A DNA stretch of 64,000 nucleotides, from positions 87,730,001 to 87,794,000 of the forward strand of contig OZ024745.1 in the NCBI GenBank assembly GCA_964016885.1. The letters run 5' to 3'. A program made the position numbers and the translations under genes. Source of the stretch: Eledone cirrhosa (lineage: Eukaryota). The number at the start of each line of letters is the position of its first letter. Position 1 is the stretch's first letter. A model generated the notes under the pieces. That model saw nothing but the letters and a program-made list of their open reading frames with translations. It was not told the DNA's origin and did no database searches. Positions 1 to 12,138 of the stretch are shown here, piece by piece.

Positions 1-2168
1 TCTCCCTGATCATACGCCCCATCATTGTAATGTCCCCAGATATATGTGACAGCAGGGAGGACCTCCTCAGCAGAATCAGCGAAACTAACCGATCTAGGGA
101 CCTAACAAACTGCATAATAGGTAATATGGATCTTGTGTCCCTATATCCATCAATTGACGGGGATTTTGCTGCGGAGAAATGCGTAGAAATGATCAGTGAG
201 AGCAATGTTTTATTCCGTGTGCTGGGATCCTACTTAAACTTACCTATAGTAATGATTATCTAGATACATATGACCTTAGCAACCTGTGCCCTACAAGACC
301 AGCAAGAGGCAGACCATCTACCATTATCTCAATGGCCAAGAAAACCCACACAGATAGATGGAACGGGTGGACCAGAGCCATACCGACCCCCAAAAACCAC
401 GATGAACTAAAGAAAATGATTGCACATGCGGTGGGGGCCAGTATAAAATTAACCCTTAAGGAACATATGTTCAAATTTAATGGAAAAACATATGCCCAAG
501 AGGAGGGAGCACCCATTGGTGTTAGCATTGCAGGTGACATAGCTAACCTATTCATGGTATGGTGGGACAATAGACTTAAACTTAAACTTAAAGAACAATT
601 AGAAGACAGCAACCTCATGACCCTGATAATGTACTCCCGCTACGTTGATGATATAAACATCGTAGTAAAAACACCCCCGCTAGAGAACAGTCAGGAAGTA
701 GAGAAAAACACATGTGGAAAGCATTCAGCAAATAGCTAACTCCATCCACCAGTGTATTAGAGTTACTATAGACTACCCAAGCAAGCACCCCAACCATCGA
801 TTACCTGTACTAGACACAGAGCTCTGGTTAGATACCATTAATAACAAAAAACAAATCCTGCATTCCCATTATGCCAAACCTATGACTTCCAAATATCTGA
901 TCCACCTAAACTCAACTGTTTCGGACCAGACGAAAATCAACATACTGATTGCGGATTTGGTACCGGTTATGAGAAACGTGCCCCGCATGTGCAACCCTAA
1001 AGAACTAGAATGACACATACAACACTTCATCCACCGTATGCAGTTCTCTGGTTACAATCAGAGAGATAAAATCAGAGTATATAGAGGAGCCAGAACCAAA
1101 TGGAAAAAAATGGTAAATAATGATACAAATGGGACCTGCCCCTTGTATAGGAGCAAATTTTGGAATAGAATAGAAATAACTAGGAATAAGGTTAATAGAA
1201 TAAACTCATGGTATGATAGCAATAAATACCAGATGTAATGTTCATTGATACAACACCTAGAGGTGAATTAGCTTACACATTTAGAAGGGCCCTAGATAAA
1301 CATAAACTCAATATTAAGATAGTAGAAAGACCAGGTACCTCCATCAAAACACTTATTAGCAATACATTCCCTTTTCAAAGACCTCCCTGTATAGATAAGA
1401 AATGTATAATCTGTAAACTAAGCCCCCATATTAACTGTAAAACTAGAAATGTAGCATATAGCATAAGATGTACTGAAGGACAATGTAGAGATAAGAATAT
1501 TATGTAGATAGGTGAGACAGCTCGTAGTATAGGGGAACGGATAAATGAACACTGGCGAGAGCTTCAAGATAGTGAAGAATCATCTGTACTCCACCAAAAT
1601 GTTAAAATAGAACATAAGGGTAAATTAGAGAACATAGAAATAAAAATAGAATCTACACACAGAAAAGACGCAATGTTTAGACAAATCACAGAGGCAATAA
1701 ACATAAATGAACTACAACCAAAATTTAATAGAAAACATGAATGGAACAGCGTCATCACAACTTACAATTAAGGACAAAAAGAAAACACACACACACATAG
1801 AACAAACAACCAACCAGTAACATGTAAATAAACAAATAAATAAATAAATATAAACACACACAGACACCCGGATGTAACACGTTTGCAAACTAAGCAGACA
1901 ACACAAACACAAACAAGATGGCGTTGGACAGAACAAAGGAGAGGCACACAAACAAAGAAAATAATCCCCAGTCACTGAAGAGGTCACATAATGTGTCACG
2001 AAAGAACGTTGACTATATATGAACAATCGTCTTGTTGTGGAACCAGCCAACCACCCAACCGGAAATTTATAAATTCCTAAATTTACAAATTTAAGTTATA
2101 ATACATTGAAGTGAAGCAACTGGTGCGTTTTCAGATAAAGAATCTTGCTAAACAAATTGAGAAACGAA

Positions 2169-2170
<2 letters not shown>
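1..2170 (+). mobile_element. Penelope-like element family A (Neptune-like, decayed): RT, Cys-rich linker, GIY-YIG and 3' pseudo-LTR
   Basis: ORF pieces give DLVSLYPSI, QEEGAPIG..IANLFM, YSRYVDD, LPVLD, then C..KKCIIC..NCKTRNVAYSIRC and (Y)IGET. Several stops and frameshifts. pLTR at ~1770-2170 ends in (TA)n. Confidence 0.88.
1971..2013 (+). ncRNA. Minimal type I hammerhead ribozyme in family A pLTR (partly decayed copy)
   Basis: GTCA-CTGAAGA-GGTCAC..-GAAAGAACGT-TGAC; better copies at 12598-12640 (+) and 41522-41564 (-). Confidence 0.6.
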
Positions 2171-2239
<69 letters not shown>

Positions 2240-2242
<3 letters not shown>

Positions 2243-2400
2243 CGAAGGAAATGTGGTAAGGAACCAGGTGGACCATAACGCACCAAAGTACTCAATACTT
2301 AGGGTAGTAGAGTGGGTAATAGGAACACGTAAGACCCCGACGGCTGAGCTCAAGCCATTTCGACGGCTAATTCTGTACTCAGTACAGAATTTTCAGTACA
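2240..2400 (-). repeat. PLE pLTR fragment (family B) carrying the 3' half of a hammerhead
   Basis: Same sequence at 8672-8850 and 14200-14400. Family consensus on the minus strand is GAAAC-GGCTTGAGCTCAGCC-GTC-GGGGTC; this copy has GAAAT. Confidence 0.6.
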
Positions 2401-2544
2401 AAATTTGGACTGTGAACAACAATTATAATTGAGTGGCTGCTATTTACAGTATAGCAATATAAGGTTGCACTTACCAATGAAACGGTCGTAAATACCTGAA
2501 TAAAATCCTTCTCTTAATGGTTACCTGTGTTTTCTCTTTTATAC

Positions 2545-2547
<3 letters not shown>

Positions 2548-2634
<87 letters not shown>

Positions 2635-2683
2635 ATATATAACATATATATATATATATATAACATATATATATATATATGTA

Positions 2684-2739
<56 letters not shown>

Positions 2740-2764
2740 ATGTATATATATATATATGTTATAT

Positions 2765-2836
<72 letters not shown>
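2548..2836. repeat. (TA)n microsatellite, one of dozens in the window
   Basis: Direct reading; flanked by inverted pLTR copies 2400-2548 and 2837-2990. Confidence 0.98.
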
Positions 2837-2839
<3 letters not shown>

Positions 2840-4973
2840 GTATAAAAGAGAAAACACAGGTAACCATTAAGAGAAGGATTTTATCCAGGTATTTACGACC
2901 GTTTCATTGGTAAGTGTAACCTTATTTTGCTATACTGCAAATAGCAGCCACTCAATTATAATTGTTGTTCACAGTCCAAATTTTCAAAATAGTGATTAAG
3001 TTATTCTTGAAATAATTCTTAATATATAGAGAAAAACATTTATATGGAATTGTATTTACTAGTATAGAGATAGAGGAATCAGAAGGTGAGGGGATATACG
3101 GAATAGAATAGAGAGAGAGGAAGGGGGAGGTGGTATGAAGTAGAGTGACAAACAATTTGACATTAACGATTATTACTCATCTATATCCCCCAAAACCTTG
3201 GATAAAGCCTTAACATTCGCCAAAGCCAATTCTGACATAACAGACGACGAGATAAAAATCATATTAGCTGTTAGGAAAACAATAATTAAATTTGAAAACA
3301 CCTATTGGGAACGTAAGGATAGATTAAATAACTTTGACGTCACGATGGGGGCTAACGACTCGGCACAAGTCACAGATTTAGTAGGTATTTACATAGCCCA
3401 TAGTTTACAAAGTTAGTTTAGCGACCTTCACGGTGGAATCTACAGAGACGACGCCCTTCTGCTAGTTAAGAACCTAAATAACCAGAGCATAGAAAGACTC
3501 CGTAAGAATATTAGAAAGACTCTCGGAAAACTAGGCCTTAAACAGGGCCTAAAACAGTTAACTTTCTAGACGCGACGCTTAACCTAAATACCGGACTTAT
3601 AAGACCTTTACACAAGATTAATGAAAACTTAGCATACGCCAACTGTAACTCAAACCACCCACTATCCATAATTAAATCCTTTCCACGCAGCATATCCCTT
3701 AGGATCTCCCGCCTCTCGTCTAACCGACAAATCTTCGAAGAACATGCAGAATACTACAATACTGCATTAGACAAGGCAGGCCACTTAGATAGAGTAGAAT
3801 ATATAGATAAAAGCCTACGTGAAGCGCACCCGAACACGCATAACACAAACTCCGGTAACACACGCACACACGCACTTACGCATAGAACTGCAAAGTATAC
3901 GGCAAACAGGAATACAACATCGAAATCAAACAAGTCACGCAGTAGAAAATATATTTGATATAACCCCATATTTAACATCTCTATTAGTAATAACCTACAC
4001 TCTACCTTCTTTAGAAAAATAAATAAGCACTTTCCAGATTCACATAGATACAGCAAAATCCTTAACACTAAATCTATTAAACTATCTTACTCCACGGCAC
4101 CAAATATAGAGGCACACATTAAGATGCTTAACGCTAAAAAGATACATAACAACACCAAAACACAAATTTACAACAATAACAATACAATCACCACCGAAAA
4201 CAACAGAATATCTAATACAGAACCAACCGCTAATAGGCAAACAAAACGTAACACACTTGTACAGGCATCGCAGCCCACCAATAATGCCAAAGTTGCCCAT
4301 GACAAGAATTGTAACTGCCACCTACCTGAAACCTGTCCATTACATAATGAATGTATGCAGTCTAACCTGGTTTACCAATGCACAGTGGAATCAGACAACC
4401 AGAAATGGTATTACATCGGAGCGATTGGGAATACATTTAAAGCACGTTGGTATACACACCGTTACGCAATGAAACATTCCCAGCATCTTTATGTAACTAC
4501 CCTTGCAAACCAGATCTGGCAACTGAGGGAAAGTAACCATCAATACACCCTGAAGTGGAAAAAATTATCCAACGCGCCCCCATATCGGAGTGGTATGAGA
4601 AGCTGTCGATTATGTGAAGTTGAGCTTTTCCACATCTTGAGTTCGAAGAATAAGTTACTCAACAATAAAATCGAAAGATCAATTTATTGTAACCATAGAC
4701 TCAAAGAGAAGTTTTCGCACTACAAATCGAACCCTTAACCTCTTACTACCAACTGACAAATTGCTTATACTTAGACATTATACCCTCTTGTTGTATCTAA
4801 ACCCTTTTAATTACCCACAAAACCAATACATATATCCCCCTCTTCTCCCTCATTCCTCTTCTATTTCTTCGTTTTCTTCCTTCCTTCCCTCCCCTTCTTG
4901 GCTATCTTTTCTTTTCTTCTTTCTCACCCCCTTCTTTGCTTTTATTTTTGTTATTATTATCTTTATCTTTATG

Positions 4974-5021
<48 letters not shown>

Positions 5022-5620
5022 CTCTTTACATATCCCCCCCACTCTCTCTCCCTCTCTATCCATCCCTCCCACTATGATCAATTTAATTCTCTTTAACTCA
5101 CTACATTCCACGACATGAATCTGCTATCAAAACTGACCAAGGAATCCTTCCACCTCTACCCCTCCCTCCATCTCAGTTTGTCACTCTACTTCCTACCTCT
5201 TCCCCCTTCCTCTCACTCTATTCTATTACGTATATCCCCTTACCTTCTGATTCCTCTCTATCTATACTAGTAAATACAATTCCAAATAAATGTTTTTATC
5301 TATATATTAAGAATTATTTCAAGATTAACTTACTCACTATTTTGAAAATTTGGACTGTGAACATCAATTATAATTGAGTGGCTGCTATTTGCAGTATAGC
5401 AATATATGGTTGCACTTACCAATGAAACGGTCGTAAATACCTGGATAAAATCCTTCTCTTAATGCTTACCTGTGTTTTCTCTTTTATACTTTATACTCCA
5501 AGATTGAACGGAATTCTTACAAACTTGTGGAGTTGCCCCTAACCGTACGTTGAAACCATCCATGAAACTGGCTTTCTTAACCAAGAACTGGATCACAATA
5601 AGCAATTTTTTGCTTCTCTA
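2837..5620 (+). mobile_element. Naiad-type PLE, 5'-truncated and decayed, with inverted upstream pLTR
   Basis: FDVTMGANDSAQVTDLVG, GGIYRDD, CNCHLPETCPL, NLVYQC..YYIGA, CRLC. 2837-3155 is the reverse complement of ~5170-5490. Confidence 0.9.
5338..5439 (+). ncRNA. Variant hammerhead (U3-A8 core UUGAAAA, long stem II insert)
   Basis: TATT-TTGAAAA-TTTGG...CCAAT-GAAAC-GGTC-GTA-AATA; inverted copy at ~2889-2991. Confidence 0.55.
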
Positions 5621-5669
5621 ACTATATATATTTATATATTCATATATATATACATATATATTCACAGAA

Positions 5670-6635
5670 CCAGTGTTATATCTGCCCTCTCTGTCAGCTT
5701 TACTTTGTAAACCACCGTAACATCTGGTCATGTAAATATAGTGTTGAACATATCACACCATCGCCACCACCATGACCACACACATCGCTATCCGCTCACA
5801 ACCTTGTTTTCCCCGTGTTCCCTATGTCACTTTTTAACCTGTAACCCATCGTAAAATTCGATCCTGTATATATTTTGTCGCACACAACACCACCACTGCC
5901 ACCACACGGCACGTCTCCATACTTCAACAATCATTAACATCATTAACATCACCAACACATATCATCCCTCCCTAAACAACGCAAGTGTGTGTAACTGTGT
6001 GTAAGTATATTTATATATACAACACCACTCCATTGGCTCTTCCCCTCTCTCTATGTACAACGCCATCTCCACTGGTTCTCCCCCTCTCTCTATACACATA
6101 TATATATACATATATATACACATGTGTATGTATACAACGTTTTTGTCAGACTAAGTGTGTCTATGTATGTATCTCCTTATTGAATTTGACATCACCTACA
6201 CATCCATCACACCACCATCCACACCATTTCCACAAACAACAACACCACACCCATACATCACACAAAAATCAGCCACAAATAAATGCCAATCTGTCTACCA
6301 ACAATCTACCACCCCCACATCACAGCCCACCTCAGCCTGCGACCGTCACCGCCATATTATCATCACATCCACCCCCACATGCACTACAGGTAAAAACATC
6401 CCCATGAACTATTCCACCAATCAAAACTAACTTTATTGACCGACGTATGAACTTATGACTTTATCATATATCATGTATTCATTTTCTACTAGCATTTCAA
6501 GGGGTCCGTCTAGCTGCAGATTACAGAGTCGGGTAAGATCGATACAGATAGAACCTTGAGCTAATCAGTGGCGAAACGCACGTCACCAACCAATAAATGT
6601 AATGAAGGAGTAACCAAACGTCCTTGTTATCTTTT
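5670..6635 (+). repeat. Long pLTR/3' UTR-like repeat ending in a variant hammerhead and AATAAA
   Basis: Homologous to ~58640-60105; ends GAAACGCACGTC...AATAAA. Confidence 0.6.
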
Positions 6636-6674
6636 CACTATATATATATATGTGTGTGTGTGTGTGTATATAAT

Positions 6675-8630
6675 ATGTAGCTCCGATGTATGTGTACATT
6701 TCGTTGTGCGTGGTAACCACACGTCTGTAGACAACGCCCTTAGTCAGGCACATTCCCTGTAGAGGGCACACCTCTCCAAGAGGGCAGTTACAGGTCCGTG
6801 CATCATTATTGTAATTCCCATTATTTGGGCCTGGCGTCTTATTTGGGTTCTCCCCGATCACCAAATGGTGCTCTGGCAGGTTGGTGGACTCAGTGTTCAC
6901 CACCAGTTGGTCTCTGCTGGCAGGTGTGGGGTCCTCCGTGGCACAGCTCATCCCCCAGGATCATCTCCAGAACCACTAGCCACTTACGCGTGCGCTCCTC
7001 TCATCCCCCCGGCGTGTCAGGGGCCTGATCGGTTTGTCGGTGGGGTGTCCTCAATTTCACAGCGTTGGCCTTGACCATGTAGTCTGCCATGTTGGGTGCC
7101 GTGGAAAATGAGAACTTCACGGTGTGTTGGTTGAATATTTTGTGGTACATCTGTGAAGTCGGGAAACACTCATCCAATGCCCTGAAGAAGAGACCTGGCG
7201 CGTTAGTGCGTACATGCTTCGAGTATGGTGCATTGAACCATGTTATGTTTCTAGGTCTGTTTCTATTTCGTCGTCTGCTACTAGTAGTGTGTGCATTGTC
7301 ATGTTGTTCTCGCGAGTTACGCCCTACTCCTATTTGATACCCTATTCTATCCCTATGCTTGAACTATTACTTGAGTCTATGGAAAGGCATTCACTAACTA
7401 TGTTGCTCTGGGCACGTTTACTAGCCCTAGTTCTCGTCCCTGTCCTGCTACCCGAGTATCTTGCCTTATCATTGTTGGTATTCTTAATCTTGGTGTTATC
7501 CCTATCGTGTTCAAAGTTCCGTGCAGCGTTATCTACTTCACTATCTTTGGTTTCCCTAACTGGTCTGTGATGTTACTATGGTTTGGTCCGTATGTGCTGG
7601 GGTCCCTAGGGTTCTCGTGCGCCCTCATTTGTCTAGCATCGTGCTCCCATCACTGTCGTGTGTAATGTTCCTATCTATACCGTTATGTGTGTGCTTAAGG
7701 GTAGATTGTCTGCCTATGTTAGTACTAATGGTATCCGGGTGTTTGCGTTCCTCGCTATGGGCCCTGTCCTTGTCCGGGGTGTACACTATGGCTTCTGTGT
7801 AACCGGCCCTGCCCAGTTCCTCGTCGTAGTTGTCGGCGTGCTGATTGAACACATCCGCGTTGGCGGATAATATGGATACGCGGGTGGATACCCCCTTTAC
7901 TATAGTGTCTATAACCGACTTGGGTTGGTTTGAATGCCTGTTTACGTACTGCAGGTTTTCGTTGTGCTTGTGATATGGTCGGTATAAGCCTGTATCCAGT
8001 TCTAAGGATACGTCTATGAAGTTTACCGTCTTAGAGCTATTTTCTATTAGCACGGATAAACCGTGCTGCTTAAAGAAATATGAGATGCGCTTCTGCATGC
8101 GCTCCAGCTGGATAGAGAGGTCCGGCACCTGTGCGAAGTCGCTCGAGCCCATGGCGATGTCAAAACTGTCGGGTCTGTCTCTCCTTTCCCATAGTCTACC
8201 GTCAAAACTAATGAGCGTCTTTCTAGCAGCTATAATGATGTCCACTTCTCCTCTAGTTAGGTTGGACCTGGCCATAGCGCTCATGAGGGCCTTGTTCACA
8301 ATTACTGGTGAAACGGAAGCGTAGTAATTTCCTATGTCCAGCTACACGAAGTTCACTTGCTGTTTGGTAGGCAGCGCTGTGAACCAGTCGATTACCTCCT
8401 TAGTGGAAGTCCATAAGCTAAGTCTATTTTTATTCATAAGCGTGGGCAGTATCCTATCAATTATATTTCTGGCTGGCCCTACCTAGGTCTGACTTGGAGG
8501 GTGGTATTAGTCTAACCGGAAGGTTAGTCTTAAAGTCTAATTTATGATCCTTGATAGAAATCAGCAGTTTTCTAGGTACGTACTGTTCTGTCCTGTCTGC
8601 TACTTCTAGTCCCGTCATTAATTTTTTAGC
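6675..8630 (-). mobile_element. Naiad-type PLE, decayed, with RT core deletion and expanded linker
   Basis: IKDHK..F..NLPVRLI..SKSDLG, FDIAMGSSD, NFIDVSL, RNITWFNAPY, CNCPLGEVCPLQGMC..VVY..YIGAT. YRDD region missing near 8120. Confidence 0.88.
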
Positions 8631-8631
8631 G

Positions 8632-8670
<39 letters not shown>

Positions 8671-8850
8671 TGTATGACCCCGACGGCAGAGCTCAAGCCG
8701 TTTCGACGGCTATTTCAGGAAATAGCCGTCGAAACGGCTTGAGCTCTGCCGCCGGGATCATAACTTTTCCTATCACACACTCTACTACACTAAGTATTGA
8801 GTACTCTGGTGCGTTATGGTCCACCTGGTTCCTTACCACAATTCCCCCGT

Positions 8851-8881
<31 letters not shown>

Positions 8882-8892
8882 CGTTTCAGCAT

Positions 8893-8963
<71 letters not shown>

Positions 8964-9398
8964 ATCTTTAATATTTCCACTTTTATCCTCCTTTATATTT
9001 TACCTTATTCTTACTTTTATACCTTATTATAGTGTAATCTTCCCCATGCCTTATTATACACTATTAATTATAGATTATTATTATTACTCTTTTTCCATTT
9101 CTAATTACCTCACGTACTTTCTCCTCCGCTATATATATATATTGTATGCCCTTTGTGTTTGTGTAGCCTCTGCGCACCCTCTGCACCATACTATCGACGC
9201 CACCCCATCTATGGTTCAACTAACCACCCGACTCCCGGGAATGAATATGACCGCAGCTAGTAAACAAGGACCCACACCCCACCCTCCCGCACCAAAATTA
9301 GACTTATCGTCCCCTACTTTTGGTCTTTACTCTCTTTACTCTTTTTTCTTGAATGTTTGGTTGGTAGAATCCATAACACCAATCAAACCCCTTTTATA

Positions 9399-9443
9399 GC
9401 TCTGACGGATCCTACGGTTACGTAAGGAAGAAACATTGTAAGC
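9399..9443 (+). ncRNA. Minimal hammerhead in a ~280-bp pLTR-like repeat (9210-9490; copy 22156-22432)
   Basis: GCT-CTGACGG-ATCCTACGGTTACGTAAGGAA-GAAAC-ATT-GTA-AGC then AATAAA; second copy at 22344-22388. Confidence 0.6.
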
Positions 9444-9484
9444 CAATAAAAATCTTTTGATGTTGTAGACGCTCTTGTGTTCTT

Positions 9485-9528
<44 letters not shown>

Positions 9529-9541
9529 CTATATATATATA

Positions 9542-9588
<47 letters not shown>

Positions 9589-9732
9589 GATAGATTTATA
9601 GACCCTGACTGAAGACGATGGCAGTTGGCATGTTTTGGCTGCTGATTCTTTATATGGGCAACAAAACTCTAGGGAGTGAATATCGTTACTTTTTTCCTCC
9701 CTCATATCAAAGATTTGAAGACATTACATTAT

Positions 9733-9806
9733 TCACCTGATGAGATCAGTGATAATCGATCATGACCACACGATCGATCTAGCCCTCATTGAAACATGTG
9801 TCATGA
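9733..9806 (+). ncRNA. Degenerate hammerhead-like motif
   Basis: CTGATGAG...CTCATT-GAAAC-ATGT-GTC; stem I weak. Confidence 0.35.
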
Positions 9807-9844
9807 TTAAAATGATTGGAAATTTATACTATGCCTTCGGATCT

Positions 9845-9893
<49 letters not shown>

Positions 9894-10449
9894 TATATAT
9901 ATAGTGAAAGAATGAAGAGTAACATGGTTGGCTTTACAACAAGGGGCTTTATTTCAGGTATTGACAATTGTTTCATTGATCAGGTGAGTCTAGAGGTCGC
10001 TAATTGCCTGAAGTTGCGTCACTCGATCTCCATTACATTATTTACCTCTGATCAACACATCAGAATACGGAGATATAAAAATAATTCACACGAGGCAAGA
10101 TATATATTTTTTCTTTTATCTGTTACAACATCAGACCCTCTACACGTATCTATGTGCGTTTAAAATTTGACTTTTCATGTTAGCACTAAAACCACCAAAG
10201 AATCCTTATAAGAACACTTACTCAGCACCATCACAACCATACTCTGTACTTACATGCACTCACTTATCCTTATTTCTTTCTTTATATTTTTCATTTTCTT
10301 ATTTTCTTACTTGTTTAATGTATCTTTTCTTATCTTTTACTTTTAAATTTTTAAATCTGAAACTTCTCTACCTATTTACCATATATATTTTATTATTGAT
10401 GTTATTGTTTTGATTATACGCTACTCGTGTGAATTATTTTTATATCTAC

Positions 10450-10560
10450 GTATTCTGATGTGTTGATCGGTACTAAATAATGTAATGGAGATCGAGTGAC
10501 GCAACTTCAGGCGATTAGTGACCTCTAGACTCACCTGATCAATGAAACAATTGTCAATAC
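10450..10560 (+). ncRNA. Hammerhead with CUGAUGU core and ~80-nt stem II
   Basis: GTATT-CTGATGT-GTTGATC...GATCAAT-GAAAC-AATT-GTC-AATAC. Inverted copy at 9958-10068, forming the pLTR pair 9903-10095 / 10425-10618. Confidence 0.7.
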
Positions 10561-10829
10561 CTGAAATAAAGCCCCTTGTTGTACAGCCATCTATGCTACT
10601 CTTCATTCTTTCACTATTATTACTCCAAGTATAACCTGCATAGGAATTATCGCGAACTCACTGCCTAACTATGGAAACATCTTATTGAGTCAAACAAAGC
10701 CGTACGTTAAAACTATCCACGACGCAGAGTACTCACAACCTCTAACTGGATTACCTATAACGATAACTTGTTATCCCAAATATATATATATTTATATATA
10801 TATATATATACGCACATATATATATGCAC

Positions 10830-11352
10830 ATATGGTGGCTGCCAACACGTTTTCGAGTACGGCCACTACTTTATATCCATGTAGGAGAACCCCTACCGAT
10901 GCGCTGAACGAGTGCGACTTTTTAGTCCAGCCAGCGACTTGAAAACTCTTGTACAAACACTACATTTGTCACAATTATTGAGACATAGTGCTGGGCCCAT
11001 GGTACCATGTGACGACAAGCGCAGAGAGATCTCCAGATATAAAGCAATGCCTGTGCCGTGAAGCTTTTATAGTGAGCAAAGGCACTGCACAAAGCGAGTC
11101 CCACTCTCTTAACCAAGATGATATTTACCAAAAAGAAGAACAAGTCAACATCATTGGATACCATCAGGGTTGCAGGTGTTATATCAGAGTTTTCCTTCTC
11201 CTAGAATTCTGCCTTGACAAAGGCTAAGGGGTCATCTCTCCCGGTGATTTTGGATGGCCATTGACTCTTTGCCTTTTGACAGGTTTTGCTTTTAGTACTG
11301 CAGGATGTCAAAATTCACCCTCCTCACCAAGAAACCTTGGTGGGGTTGCCAG
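10830..11352 (-). mobile_element. Probable 5' UTR fragment of an RTE-type LINE
   Basis: Minus strand has CTGGCAACCCC and TAGGAGAAGGAAACTCTGA, motifs I recognise from RTE 5' UTRs; no coding remnant seen. Confidence 0.45.
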
Positions 11353-11366
11353 ATTATATATATATA

Positions 11367-11431
<65 letters not shown>

Positions 11432-11471
11432 GCACATATAAATAAATATGCGCGCACACACACACGCACAA

Positions 11472-11526
<55 letters not shown>

Positions 11527-11611
11527 CACATATATATATATATAAGTAGAAGGGATATTTAATTTGTTGGAAATACAACAAACATAAATGTTTATATATA
11601 TATATATGCAC

Positions 11612-11686
<75 letters not shown>

Positions 11687-11754
11687 TAGCTTAGAGTTTA
11701 GACTCAAAGAGGTCATTTACAATCATTTCAGCTCTAGGAATCGCTTCTGAGCAG

Positions 11755-12059
11755 TATAAATTAATATTTGATGAACATTTACATGTTATAGTTGCAATTG
11801 ACTAATAAGATCGCTAGAGTGAAAAATCTTAATTCAACAACATAAGGTCTGCCTGTACGATCTAGAAAATAATAAATCAATACTCACAGACTCATATGGG
11901 CAAAGAGCCTTGGCTTTTTGCCCATATGAGTCTGTGAGTATTGATTTATTATTTTCTAGATCGTACAGGCAGACCTTATGTTGTTGAATTAAGATTTTTC
12001 ACTCTAGCGATCTTATTAGTCAATTGCAACTATAACATGTAAATGTTCATCAAATATTA

Positions 12060-12066
<7 letters not shown>
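11755..12066. repeat. Near-perfect ~312-bp palindrome
   Basis: Arms are reverse complements around GGGCAAAGAGCC-TT-GGCTTTTTGCCC (centre 11910/11911). Confidence 0.95.
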
Positions 12067-12135
<69 letters not shown>

Positions 12136-12138
<3 letters not shown>

